DNA of 64,000 nucleotides from Eledone cirrhosa (GCA_964016885.1 OZ024741.1:218798001-218862000); one strand, 5' to 3'; positions 38,629-52,766 are shown, numbered from the stretch's first letter. Numbers and translations are program-made. The notes: generated by a model from the letters alone, not told the origin.

Positions 38629-39217
38629 GCATACACACACATATATATATATATACACACACATAAATACTTATATACATACACACATACTTATATATAT
38701 ACACACATAGTTATATATACATACACACTTAGTTATATATATATACATACACACTTAGTTATATATATATACATACACACTTAGTTATATATATACACAC
38801 ATAGTTATATATATACATACACACTTAGTTATATACACATAGTTATATACACACAAACATACACTCGTCATATACTAATTAAAATTCGAATTTCATTTTT
38901 AAATTGCTTTTTTCCATGAGTCGTTTTAAATTTAAATTTTAATTAACAAAAAAATCTTTTCTACATTCAAAGTCTCGTCTGCTGCACTTGATTGATTGTG
39001 GCTACATGTGTGTATATATATGTGTGTGTGCGTGTATGTATATGTGTGTGTATATATATGTGTGTGTGTGCGTGTGTGTGTATATATATCATCATTTCAT
39101 TTTCATCATTTCATTTTACGTCCACTTTTCCCTGCTTGCAAGGGTGGGACGGGAACTGATTCTGGCTTGATTTCTACAGCTGGATGCCCTTCCTAACACC
39201 AACCTCATTTACAGTGA

Positions 39218-39263
<46 letters not shown>

Positions 39264-39268
<5 letters not shown>

Positions 39269-39465
39269 AAAAAGTATGACCCCGACGGCAGAGCCCAAGC
39301 CGTTCTAACGGCTATTTCTGGACTGAAATGTCCAGAAATAGCTGCCGAAACGGCTTGAGCTCTGCCGTCGGGGTCATACTTTTTTCTATTACCCACACTA
39401 CTACCCTAAGTATTGAGTACTCTGTGTGTGTTATGGTCCATCTGGTTCCTTACCACAACTCCTTC
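39264..39465. mobile_element. Penelope-like fold-back, same family as 33760-33932
   Basis: Palindrome taggaaaaagtatgaccccgacggcagag...ctctgccgtcggggtcatacttttt centred in hammerhead stem II. Confidence 0.7.
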
Positions 39466-40296
39466 ATTATCATCATCATCATTATATATATATATATACA
39501 TGCGTGTGTGTATGTGTATATATATATATATGTATATATATATATGTGTATATATATATGTGTGTGTATATATATATATGTGTGTGTGTGTATGTATGTG
39601 TGTATATATGTATACATGTGTATATATGTATGTGTGTGTGTGTTTGTGTATATATATGTGTGTATGTATATATATAAGTGTATGTATGTCTCTGTATGTG
39701 TGTGTGTATAAGTGTGTGCTAGTATGAGCATGTGTGTATGAATATATATATATACATATATATACACCTACTCACTCATGCACACATACACACATATATA
39801 TACACATATATATATATACACACACATATACACAGATATATATATACCTATATATACACACATATTCACAGATATATATCTATACATAACATATACAGAC
39901 CTTAGAGACATGCTACCAACTAGGGCACAGACCCCTGAAAGGTGCTACCATAAAGGCCACCAACTAGGTCACGGACCCCAGAGATGTACTACCATGAAGG
40001 CCAACTAAGAAGCCCCCAACAACACAGACTTCACAAGAACCATATTACTGAGACACAACGAATCACAGATTTATACAAATAGATATAATTAAATTAAGTG
40101 TATTAGCATTTCTTGCTAACAATATATAAATCATTAAACATATTTGTCACATAAAAATGTTGTGGAAATATCTGATGTGGTGGAGAGGGTTACATAGTGT
40201 TATGACCCCCTCAGTTGGTGCTGGAGAGTGAAGAATATCCCACATCAAGATATTCTCCTTAGCAACCTACCATTCTAAGTATCAACTCAACATTCT

Positions 40297-40392
<96 letters not shown>

Positions 40393-40476
40393 AAGATCGG
40401 AATTAAAGTATTCCGCAGTTCACAGTAATAATAATAATAATAGCTCGAAGAACAGAGAACTTTCATCTGAGCTCAA

Positions 40477-41032
40477 ATACAAATATATTACACAGAGAGA
40501 AGTGTGTTACACAGTGAGATGTGTGTAAACAATTATTACATGTGGGTGTTTAACCGTTACTGTATGGAGAACAATACCTACAGGTTAACAATTAAATAGA
40601 ACAAAATCTAAGTCAGAATCAAATCTCTGAAGTAGAGTTTTAAATTACTAATCTCATAACTATAATCTTGCTGATATGAATTTAGTTTGTTTCACCACCG
40701 AAATGTGCAGTATCACAGCCCATAGGTTCCTCAGTCAGCAAGTATGGGTACTGTCCATGACACATCTAGCCTAGATGAGGAACCTATGGGCTGTGGTACT
40801 GCACATTTCGGTGGTGAAACAAACTAAATTCATATCAGCAAGATTATAGTTATGAGATTAGTAATTTAAAACTCTACTTCAGAGATTTGATTCTGACTTA
40901 GATTTTGTTCTATTTAATTGTTAACCTGTAGGTATTGTTCTCCATACAGTAACGGTTAAACACCCACATGTAATAATTGTTTACACACATCTCACTGTGT
41001 AACACACTTCTCTCTGTGTAATATATTTGTAT
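40477..41032. mobile_element. Near-perfect fold-back with 257-bp arms and a 42-bp spacer; Penelope-like pseudo-LTR
   Basis: Arms 40477-40733 and 40776-41032, one mismatch seen; (TA)n flanks; contains a hammerhead. Confidence 0.8.
40667..40742 (-). ncRNA. Type I hammerhead ribozyme with decayed stem III
   Basis: cttgctga-CTGAGGA-acc..ggt-GAAA-caaactaaattca-TA-tcagcaag: 8-bp stem I and exact core; stem III pairs if two CA are restored to CG. Confidence 0.75.
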
Positions 41033-41093
41033 ATATATATATATATAAAAAAATATATATATATATATAAAATATATATATATATAAAAAAAA

Positions 41094-41148
<55 letters not shown>

Positions 41149-41151
41149 AAT

Positions 41152-41200
<49 letters not shown>

Positions 41201-41271
41201 TATATATATATAAAAAAAAATATATATATATATATAAATATATAAATATATATATAAATATATATATAAAT

Positions 41272-41306
<35 letters not shown>

Positions 41307-41373
41307 AATATATATATATATAAATATATATAAATATATATATATATAAATATATATAAATATATATAAATAT

Positions 41374-41404
<31 letters not shown>

Positions 41405-41789
41405 ATGCATATATATACATATATATAAAATCAATCTTGCCTCAAGTGGGACAATTCCCATCTAACCATGCTAGCGTGAAAGATAGACGTTAAACGATGA
41501 TAATGATGATATATATATATATATACACATATATATATATATAGTATATTTGTTTATATCTCCCTGTGTGTGAGTGTGTATATATATATGTATATGTGTG
41601 TGTGTGTGTGTGTGTGGATGTATATATATGTATGTGTATATATGTGTGTGTGGATGTATATATATGTATGTGTATATATATGTATGTATATATATGTATA
41701 TATATATATGCATATGTATATATATAGTATATCTATGTATATGTATATACACATACACACACGTATATTTATGTATATATAAATGTTAC

Positions 41790-41848
41790 CGCCATTTCTA
41801 TTTCGACTGCAATAACTGGAACTATCAATGACCAATATATCCAGCAAT
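41790..41848 (-). CDS. Candidate 59-nt exon
   Basis: Complex island within microsatellite; cacgcag acceptor, GCG|gtaaca donor; [19 protein letters not shown]. Confidence 0.3.
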
Positions 41849-42044
41849 CTGCGTGTATATGTATGAATGCATCTGTGTATGTATGTATGTGCATATGTAT
41901 ATGTGTCTGTGTGCATGCATGTATATATGTATGAGTATGTAAGCATGTATGAGTGTGTATATGCATGTATGCATGACTATTTACATCGCTTAGCAACACA
42001 TGCACACACGTGTGCACCCATCTACACACACCTGTGTAAAATAC

Positions 42045-42120
42045 CTGTGTTTCTAGGATGTTTATAGCCTGAGGAATTTTGGTATCGCGTGATATTGCTG
42101 TTGTGATATATTGGAAAATT
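42045..42120 (-). CDS. Candidate 76-nt exon
   Basis: ttacttcag acceptor, CAG|gtattt donor; NFPIYHNSNITRYQNSSGYKHPRNT or IFQYITTAISRDTKIPQAINILETQ. Confidence 0.35.
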
Positions 42121-42139
42121 CTGAAGTAACCATTCCATG

Positions 42140-42640
42140 CTATACTACACTACACTATACCACACTACAATACACCACACTATACTACACCATACTACAC
42201 TACACATTTCACTACACTACTCTACAGCCCCACACCCCACTACACCACACCACACCACACCACACCACACTACACTACACTACACTATACCACACTACAC
42301 TACACTATACCACACTACACCATACTACACTACACTATCATCATACTACACTACACTACACCATACAACACTACACCACACCACACCACACTACACCATA
42401 CTACACTACACCACATTACACTACACCACACTACACTACACCACTCTATACCACACCACACTACACTACACCACACTACACTGCACTACATCACACTACA
42501 CTACAATACACTACACCATACAACACTACACCACACTACACTACACCACACCACAACACAACATACCATACTACACTACACCACATCTACTACACTACAC
42601 CACACCACTACACTGCACTGCCACCACACTACACTACCCC
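42140..42640. repeat. (CACTA/CACCA)n pentanucleotide repeat
   Basis: Direct inspection. Confidence 0.95.
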
Positions 42641-43035
42641 CCCCCCCCCCCAGGTATATTTACAACTTAGCAGTAGATATCTAATAACAGTGTTAGGTCT
42701 TTCCCAGTTATCTGTGGACATGTATTATATTCTTGGACTTGTTTCAGTCATTACACTGTGGCCATACTGGGGCACTGCAGCCATACTGGGGCACTGTGGC
42801 CATACTGGGATACTGCCTGCAAGTGATTCATCCTATTATATTGACCCCACTACTTATTTCGTTTTAGCCTGCTACATATTTTATCACTCTCTGCTTGGTG
42901 AAGCACTAAGTCACAACTAATTCCTCTTCCTCTCTCACTCACTCTCACTCTTAGTCTCTCACTCACTCTCTCACTCTTAGTCTCTCCCTCTGTCTATCAT
43001 TCTCTCTCTTACTCCTTCTCTCGCTATATATATAT

Positions 43036-43112
<77 letters not shown>

Positions 43113-43134
43113 TGTTTGTGTGTGTGTGTATTTA

Positions 43135-43209
<75 letters not shown>

Positions 43210-43235
43210 ATGTTTGTGTGTGTGTATTTATGTGC

Positions 43236-43276
<41 letters not shown>

Positions 43277-43349
43277 CATATATATATATATATACACACA
43301 TACATATATAATGTTCTGTCCATCCCCATCTCCACCACTATCGCCATAC

Positions 43350-43411
43350 CTTGTCTAAGTGTTGGTTAATATAATTTATTATAATCATATTCACGTTTAT
43401 CAGTTAAATAT
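43350..43411 (-). other. Candidate exon, possibly holding a start codon at 43388
   Basis: tttcttctgacag acceptor, AAG|gtatgg donor; stops in all frames, but an ATG gives [13 protein letters not shown] up to the donor. Confidence 0.3.
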
Positions 43412-43885
43412 CTGTCAGAAGAAACATGTATGTGTTAGTGTGTCTATATGTGACTGTATAGATGTATGTGTGTGACTATATGTGTGTGTGTGTGTGACTA
43501 TGTGTGTATGTGTGACTATATGTGTGTGTGTGTGACTATGTATGTATGTGTGTGACTATATGTGTGTGTTGTGTGGATTTTAATGGCGGTGTGTGTGTAT
43601 GTGTATGTGTGTGTGTGACTATGTATGTATTTGTGTGTTGTGTGGATTTTAGTAGTGGTGGGGTTTGTGTGTGTGTATGTGTGTGTGTGTGTGTGGATTG
43701 TGTGGATTTTAATAGCGGCAGTGGTGGTGGTGGTGGTGTGTGTGTGACTGTGTGTGTGTGCGTATGTATGTGTGGGGTTGTTGTAGTAGTGGTGTTTATA
43801 TATATATTGGTGTGTGTGTATGTGTGTGTATGGATTGTTGTAGTAGTGGTGTTTATGTATGTGTGTGTGTATATGTGTGTGTATA

Positions 43886-43916
<31 letters not shown>

Positions 43917-44224
43917 ATATGTGTGTGTGTGGGGGGGGGGGGGGGTTATGTAGTAGTGGTGTTATGTATGTGTGTGTGTGTGTGTGTGGATTGTTGTAGT
44001 AGTGGTGTTTGTGTATGTTTGTGTGTGTGTGTATATGTGTGTGTGGGGGGGTTTATGTAGTAGTGGTGTTTATGTATGTGTGCTTCTGTGTGTGTGTGTG
44101 TATATGTGGATTGTTGTAGTAGAAGTGTTTACATATGTGAGTTTCTGTATGCGTGTGGATTATAGTAATAGGGGTGTTTATGTGTGTGTGTGGTGGTGAT
44201 GAGTTAAATGCGTATGATGGTAAT

Positions 44225-45432
44225 TATGATGGTGATTGTTAAGTGTTTATGTGTGATGGTGAGGGTTAAGTCTTTATGTGTGATGGTGAGGGTTTAAGTG
44301 TTTATGTGATGGTGGTGGTTAAGTGTTTATGTGTGATGGTGGTGGTTTAGTGTTTATGTGATGGTGATGGTTAAGTGTTTATGTGTGATGGTGAGGGTTA
44401 AGTCTTTATGTGTGATGGTGAGGGTTAAGTGTTTATGTGATGGTGGTGGTTAAGTGTTTATGTGTGATGGTGGTGGTTAAGTGTTTATGTATTCAATGGT
44501 GATGGTTAAGTGTTTATGTGTGATGGAAGTGGTTAAGTGTTTATTATAGTGATGATGGTGTTGGTAGTGTTCAAGTGTTTATGATGGTGATGGTAGTGAT
44601 GGTGATGGTAGGGATGGTAGTGTTCAAGTGTTTATGATGGTGATGGTAGTGATGGTAGTGTTCAAGTGTTTATGATAGTGATGGTGGTGATGGTAGTGTT
44701 CAAGTGTTTATGATGGTAGTGTTCAAGTGTTTATGGTGGTGATGGTAGTGATGGTAGTGTTCAAGTGTTTATGGTGGTGATGGTAGTGACGGTAGTGTTC
44801 AAGTGTTTATGATGGTGATGGTGCTGATGGTAGTGTTCAAGTGTTTATGGTGGTGATGGTAGTGATGGTAGTGTTCAAGTGTTTATGATGGTGATGGTGC
44901 TGATGGTAGTGTTCAAGTGTTTATGATGGTGATGGTGCTGATGGTAGTGATCAAGTGTTTATGATATTTTAGGTGGTGATGGTAGTGTTCAAGTGTTTAT
45001 GATGGTGATGGTAGTGTTCATGTGTTTATGATGGTGATGGTAGTGATGGTAGTGTTCAAGTGTTTATGATAGTGATGGTAGTGATGGTAGCGTTCAAGTG
45101 CTTATGATAGTGATGGTAGTGTTCAAGTGTTTATGATGGTGATGGTAGTGTTCAAGTGTTTATGATAGTGATGGTAGTGTTCATGTGTTTATGATGGTGA
45201 TGGTAGTGATGGTAGTGTTCAAGTGTTTATGATAGTGATGGTAGTGTTCAAGTGTTTATGATAGTGATGGTAGTGTTCAAGTGTTTATGGTGGTGATGGT
45301 AGTGATCAAGTGTTTATGATGGTGATGGTGCTGATGGTAGTGTTCAAGTGTTTATGATAGTGATAGTAGTAATGGTAGCGTTCAAGTGTTTATGATAGTG
45401 ATGCTAGTAATGGTAGCGTTCAAGTGTTTATG
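44225..45432. repeat. Variable ~18-36-bp minisatellite
   Basis: Core (ggtt/gttc)aagtgtttatg plus a variable number of gatggt units. Confidence 0.93.
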
Positions 45433-45661
45433 TGCAACTTCCAGTGCAATTAAATAAAAGTGAATTATTGATTTCTTTTGTAGACACAAGGTCTCTGATA
45501 GCTGTACATATATATATATATACATATAGACATACATACATAAACACACGCATATAAAGATATATAGATATATACATGTAGATACACACACACACATATA
45601 TATATACATATATAAATACATATGTGTGTATAAAATGTCACTAACAGATGACAATATGCTG

Positions 45662-45717
<56 letters not shown>

Positions 45718-45892
45718 ATGACACTTCCAGAGTTAGTTCTGTTCCGTTCTTTAAGAATTCTTAGGAAACGAGTGCAACAAATGCTGTAAAATTCATTAAG
45801 AATGGTTCCCAGTTTTACAATTAGTATATAAAACTACTTATACATACATACATATAAATATACATAGATATATGCATACATGCATACATACA

Positions 45893-45926
<34 letters not shown>

Positions 45927-46403
45927 CATACATAAATGATGGCTGAAAACTCACGCTGAGAGTATTGCAATCACTTGTCAGATTCAGATGTGTGACGCTC
46001 GGATATGGCTTTTCAAGCCTACTAGAGACTTGCACTCCTTAGCTCATTGACAACAACTATGGATCTCCCTGGCCTCAGGTTTTGCATCAGGTTGCCTGTG
46101 AACCCTCACAGTGCAGTGGAGATCATAGTTCACTGGTTCTCTTTGAGCATGGCTGTGACTGTGGCTCCTGAGACCAGATTTGCATACGCAAATCTTTCCA
46201 CACTCAGGGCACACCAATTCAAAAGAGACACCGATCGCCTCTTACCTTTGCAACGCTCATCATACAAAAGTTAGTTATTTTGGGATTCGATTGTCCTTCA
46301 TTCTGCAGAAGTGTCCAGTCCATTGCAAACATCGTTGGTGGATGATACTTTCAATACATACATATACATATACATACATATACATACATACATGCATTCA
46401 TGC

Positions 46404-46436
<33 letters not shown>

Positions 46437-46700
46437 TAGATAAATATACACGGGTGTGTATGATTGTGTATAGAAGATTAAATTAATAAGAGGAATTCCA
46501 ACTTTGTTCAACAGTTGAAAATTGCAAACTTGACTGTCACCACATATTATGGACCTGAAGATTGCGAAAGCATGAAAGTACTTGTTCAAATAACACTTAG
46601 AATTTAATATTCTATCATACTATTTCATTATAATACCATTATAAATTTTAAAGGATTGTAAATAAAACAAGTAAATCAGACAAAGTTGGAATTCCTCTTA

Positions 46701-46760
<60 letters not shown>

Positions 46761-48536
46761 CATATATACATACATGCATTCATATATATATATATATATA
46801 TATACACATACATATGTACATACATACACATACATATATACATATATGCATATATACATACATGCATTCATATATGCATACATATATACATTCACATACA
46901 TACATGCATTCATACATATATATATGGTGGCTGCCAACTCGTTTTCGAGTACGGCCACTACTTTATATCCATGTAGGAGAACCCCTACCGATGCGCTGAA
47001 CGAGTGTGACTTTTTAGTCCAGCCAGCGACTTGAAAATTCTGGTACAAACACTACACTTGTGACAATTATTGACACATAGTGCTGGGCCCATGGTACCAT
47101 GTGACGACAAGTGCAGAGAGATCTCCAGATATAAAGCAATGCCTGTGCCGTGAAGCTTTTATAGTGAACAAAGGCACTGCACAAAGCCAGTCCCACTCTC
47201 TTAACCAAGATGATATTTACCAAAAAGAAGAACAAGTCAACATCATTGGATACCATCAGGGTTGCAGGTGTTATATCAGAGTTTTCCTTCTCCTAGAATT
47301 CTGCCTTGACAAAGGCTAAGGGGTCATCTCTCCCAGTGATTTTGGATGGCCATTGACTCTTAAGAGCTCCTTTGCCCTTTGACAGGTTTTGTTTTTAGTC
47401 CTGCAGGATGTCCAAAGTCACCCTCCTCACCAAGAAACCTTGGTGGGGTTGCCAGTTTAGTCGCCAACGACCCAACCATGAGACATATATACACACATGC
47501 ATAGATACATACTTACATTCATATATGCATACATACATATATACATACACATACAAACATACATGCATACATACTAAGATGTATATATTCCTATTCATAG
47601 TGAGAAACACATGTATTACAAATCCTATGTACATGTGTATGTAGATATATCAACACTATATACACCCCCACAAATACAAATATATACACACACACTTTAA
47701 CCCTACCCCCTTACACATTTCATTAACAACCCATAAACACCAATACACCACCTCTACCCAACACATCACCCCTTGTCAACACCAACCCACCATCCAGGGG
47801 CATCTTAGGGCTAAAATAAATATGTTAATATAAGTTCTGTTTTATAGAGGAGAATATATTTGGAAATAATTTCACTTCTCTCTCTCTCTCTCCCTTCTAT
47901 GTCTCCCCCTCTCTCTTCTCTGTCTCTACTTCCCTTCTCTCTCTCTCTCCCTCAAGTGTACACACATACAATATATATATACACACACACATGCATCTCC
48001 TTCTCTCCCTTCCTCTCTCTCTACACTCACCCAAGCGAGCGCACACACACACACACATGTATACACACACCAACACATATATACATACATACTCACACAC
48101 ACACACACATATATATACATATATATATATACACACACACACACACATATATATACATGCACACATATATATATACACACACACATATATATATATATAC
48201 ATGCACATACATATACACATACACGTGTACATATATATATATCTGTCTCTTTAGTTATTGATTTGCGTGGGATACATACAGACCATTAACTATTTCTATT
48301 TCTTATCGATCTTGTGTACCTCTCAGTTGAGTGTCACATTAACCTACTACTACCACTTCTACTACCACCACTACTACTACTACCACTACTACTACCACCA
48401 CCAACACCACTACCATCACCACCACTATTTACAACACCACCACCATCACGTCAACTCAACTTCTACTCCCAACAAGCCTGTGACACAATTTTACCAGTTC
48501 TACGTTCTCTAACAAGAGACAGCTGATCTATGTAGA

Positions 48537-48810
48537 CCTCAATTTAGTCCTCAGTTTAGTCCTTAGTTTAGTCCTCAGTTTAGTCCTTGGTTTTATTCTC
48601 ATTTTAGTCCTCAGTTTAGTCCTTGGTTTTATTCTCAGTTTAGTCCTTGGTTTTATTCTCAGTTTAGTCCTTGGTTTTATCCTTAGTTTAGTCCTTGGTT
48701 TTAGTCTCAGTTTAGTCCTTGGTTTTATTCTTAGTTTAGTCCTTGGTTTTAGTCTCAGTTCAATTCTCGGTTTTAGTGTCAATTTAGTTTTTGGTTTAGT
48801 CCTAAGTCCT
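48537..48810. repeat. 12/24-bp tandem repeat
   Basis: agtttagtccttggttttattctc. Confidence 0.92.
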
Positions 48811-48832
48811 CATTAAATAGCCAAGAATCCTA

Positions 48833-49500
48833 TGAGATACAACCTTGTAAGGTGCCAGCTGAATTTATGCAATCATGAACAGTAACAACTTGATAGGACT
48901 GGGGACCCTATCATTAAAATACCCGAGAAACCTCATATAAGATACAACCTTGTAGGATATCAGCTAAACCTATATAGGTGTGACCAGTAACAACATGGTA
49001 GAGGTGGACCCTGTATCATTAAAACACTCAGAAAGCTGTGAGATACAACCTCATAGGAGGTCAGCTAAACATACATAGGTGTGAGCTGTAATAACATGGT
49101 AGAGGTGGACCCTTTTATTACTTTATGTGTTCCAGCTAACAAGCTATGGCCATGCTGGGGCACTGTCATTAAAAAACTGATGGGGCTCATCTGGGACCTC
49201 TTGCACCCCTATTGTTAAAACACTCAAACCAATGAGGTACAACCTAGTTAGAAGCCACTTACACCTCTACAGGTGTTAACTGTTACAAAAATAGCAGGAG
49301 TGAGATAACCCCATATACTTAAACACACAAGAAACCTCCTGTCAGATGCAACCTAGTTAGAGGCCATTTACACCTACACAGGTGTGAGCTGTAATAAAAT
49401 AGCAGGAGTGAGGTGACCCCTCTATACTTAAACACACAAGAAATCTCCTATCAGATGCAAATTAGTTAGAGGCCATTTACACCTGCACAGGTGTGAACTA
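48833..49500. repeat. Degenerate ~105-110-bp tandem repeat, ~6 copies
   Basis: gatacaacct...aggtgtga.c.gtaa...gaccc...taaa.cac recurring. Confidence 0.7.
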
Positions 49501-49734
49501 TAACTTTCATTTATTTTCATGTTGTTTATTGAGTGTTGCAGAAGGAATGGTGGAATGGTGGCATGGTGTAGACATTCTGTCATTCCATTATTCTGTTATT
49601 CCATCATCCAAAGTACATTAACCATTTTTATAATACTTGTTTCTTCTTTTGGCACAAGGCCAGCAATTACCCAGTGTATTACTGGTACTTTATTTTATCA
49701 ACCCCATAAGGATGAAAGGCAAAGTTAACATTTT

Positions 49735-50592
49735 TATAATAATAATAATAATGAAATTATTGTGTACAGTGCTCGGTGCATGTATAGTACATAGAATAAT
49801 GTACAAATGTCAGGGAAATGAACAGTGTATGAGTCATGAAATTCAAGTGTGTGGTGTATGGAGGGGGGACATCAGGTGTAGTGTTGGTGAATCTCAGGAA
49901 GCATGGAGGTTTTAAAGGATGCAGTGTCTCGACAGCTAATAACTGACGCAGGTAGTTTGTTCCATGCTTCAGCAACTCTGAGCGTAAAAAAATGTTTCTG
50001 AAAGTCATGGGAGCTGTGCTGTTTTCTGATTTTGTAGGCATGCCCACGTATGTTAGACACATGGGAATCAAAGGTACTCAGGGTTGTTGTTGGCAAGATG
50101 GTTAATAATTTTGTGGGTGTTTACCAAGTCAGTTGCCAGATGTCGGAGCTTCAATGTATCCATGCCCAGGGAAGCAAAGCGTTCAGAGTATGGTAGATGC
50201 CTGATGGAGGGTATTCGCTTGGTTGCACGTCTCTGAACAGTTTCCAGGCGATCAATGTTCTGAGCAAGGTAGGGGTTCCAGACTGGTGATGCAAATCCTA
50301 AGTGTGGCCGCACAATAGCTATATACAGCTTTAAATAGATAGCTGGAGAGCAGCTGACAAAGGTCTTGCTGTGTGATGCTAAGACACTCTCGGCCTTTTT
50401 GACAATTTTAGAGACGTGCTTCGTCCAACGCAAATCGCTGCTGACAGTAATGCCCAGGTCACGTTCACAAGAAGACTCCTTGATATTAGTGTTGTGGGGG
50501 GAGTATTGTGCATGGTAGTACACTTGTCCACAACCAACTTGAGTTGCCAGTCCGTGATCAATTGCTGCATTGTGTCCAAGTCTGATTGCAGT
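49735..50592 (-). pseudogene. CR1/L2-group LINE 3' fragment with (ATT)n tail
   Basis: ERDLGITVSSDLRW..H, LYIAIVRPHLGFASPVWNP, LETVQRRATK, YSERF, RGHAYK, FFTLRVAEAWNKLP. Confidence 0.92.
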
Positions 50593-50822
50593 GGAATCCC
50601 CAAAGAATAAAACAAAGGTCTGCAACAGGGTTTCCCAACCTGGGTGACACCACCCTCTGGTGGACAATTTCAGCTGTTGGGTGAACAATGAGCAACTGAA
50701 CAGAAAATGGTGGGTGAATGGAAAGTTTTTGTGGACGATATAGGGTTTTGTGTGTTAAAAAAATTTAAAGGAAATATGGAAAGAACTTGTATAAAAAGAA
50801 CAGCAGGCTAAATGGGAATAAT

Positions 50823-50997
50823 TGTTTCTACTTTTGGCACAATTACCCCAGTACATTACTGGTGCTTTATTTTATCGACCCTGTAAGAATGAAAGGCAAA
50901 GTTAACCTCGGCAGGATTTGAACTCAGAACGTAAAGGGCTATAACTTTATGCTGCAAAGCATGGTGTGTGACACTCTACCGATTCTGCCAATCCACC
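50823..50997 (-). mobile_element. Full-length SINE family A
   Basis: 16-bp TSD gctaaatgggaataat at 50807-50822 and 50998-51013. Confidence 0.92.
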
Positions 50998-51770
50998 GCT
51001 AAATGGGAATAATGAAACAGTAACAAACTTTTACCAAACATTTTTGGTATCATCATCATCATCATTTTGCGCCCGCTTTTCTCTAGGATGGGTCCTATTC
51101 AGCACAGTATCTCTCCACTTGTCATGTTCCTCCATGAGCTTCAGCGATCTGAGGTCTGCCCTCACCACCTCCGCCCATGTTTTTCATGGTTTTCCTCTAC
51201 TGAGTCTTCCTTCTACTTGCATTTCTGGGCACTTCTTTACCCTGCGGTCATCCTCCATGCGCATCACACATTTACTATACAGGGGGGGGGGGGTGGAAAA
51301 TGTTTCCATGTGAAAGTGGGTGATGACACAAAACAGGTTAGGAATCAATGGCTTACAACCTACAGGACACTACACCCATTTTCACATATAGAGTTTACCA
51401 GGGAGCAACAGGGTTGTCCCTACTGGATCACCTTTGTTAATAGGTCTGTTGGATCATCATCGTCGTTTAACATCTATTTTCCACACTAGCATTGGCTATA
51501 CAGGTTTGTCCCATTAGGGGAAAGTTGGGTGGGGTAACAATGTCTTGCTCATATAGGACTATTTCTGGCTAGATTTCTACAGCAGGATGCCCTTCCTGAC
51601 ACCAACCACATTTACAGTTGTGTCCCCTACACAACCACTTTACATATATATATATATATATATATAGTAATAATAATAATATTTATACTTATATATGGTT
51701 TATATATAATTATAAATATGGGGGAGGGGGGTAGTACTAAGCATTAGCCAATTACCAGTAAGAGAAAAGG

Positions 51771-51977
51771 CTCAATGTATATATATAGATGGTAGCTACT
51801 AAATATAGCTACTATATATAGATGGAAGCTACTCAATGTATATATATAGATGGTAGCTACTAAATATAGCTACTATATATAGATGGAAGCTACTCAATGT
51901 ATATATATAGATGGTAGCTACTAAATATAGCTACTATATATAGATGGAAGCTACTCAATGTATATATATAGATGGCA
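51771..51977. repeat. 61-bp tandem repeat, ~3.4 copies
   Basis: ctcaatgtatatatatagatgg at 51771, 51832, 51893 and 51954. Confidence 0.92.
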
Positions 51978-52618
51978 GACCCAGAAAAACCTGGGACGAT
52001 TTGATAAATTCCAACCTTACACACTTACACCTCTCTAAGACAATGTCACTGGACCGAGATCTTTGGCGCTACGCAGTAATACAGAAGACCTGCCTTGCCT
52101 AAGAACAAAGCGAAACCTAGTCAGTAGGCACCTCCTAACCAAAAATACACCCCATCCCACTACCCCCACCCCCATCCAACTACCCCTACCCAACCCCCAT
52201 CTACACCACCCCTTTCAATGTAAAGTTATGTTGGTGCCGCAACATCCAGTCCTAAATAAATGAGGTCGTATAGTCTGCCTTTCATTTTGAGGGAAAAGCC
52301 TTTTGCTGCTAGCAGTGGCAGTAGCTCCCTGAACTTCTTCCATCCCGTTCTTACCTTAGTTATTGTACTTTCCGAACACCCACCTCCGCTGCTAATTCGG
52401 TCACCTAGGTAGCAGTAGCTGTCTACTGTTTCTACAGAGCCCTCCCAGAGTTTGCTGGTGCTTGTTTCCTGTGGCTGTTTGCAGCTTGCTGTCCCAGCTG
52501 CTACATGTGAAGCCTACATTCTTAGTTAAGCTTCCTGAGATCCCACTACATCTCTTGTATACCCATTGTTTGCATTTGGGGCAGAAGATGGAGTTCCTAC
52601 CTACACCTTTCCTACATA
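51973..52618. pseudogene. RTE fragments: 3' end on plus (51973-52272) abutting an internal fragment on minus (52273-52618)
   Basis: GRPRKTWDDLINS on plus; CRKGVGRNSIFCPKC and RTGWKKFREL on minus. Confidence 0.85.
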
Positions 52619-52730
52619 CTGTATATACATACTATATATGTATATAAAAGGTAAACAGAAAGACCAACACAATCGGTACAGTATATGGAAGGGATATATT
52701 AGGTTAACGCTTGATATAGCAGGAAGAGGG

Positions 52731-52766
52731 TCTTAACGTTTTGGAAGATAGCCCTTCATCAGAAGA
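52731..52766 (-). ncRNA. Degenerate minimal hammerhead in a Penelope-type terminal repeat (52635-52870)
   Basis: tctt-CTGATGA-agggctatcttcc-aAAA-CG-TT-aaga (G12 to A); homologous to 60348-60383. Confidence 0.5.

Noticed and set aside
35847-48526. Many YI/VC/HT-rich ORFs
   Set aside because: Translations of (TA)n, (CA)n and (CACTA)n microsatellites
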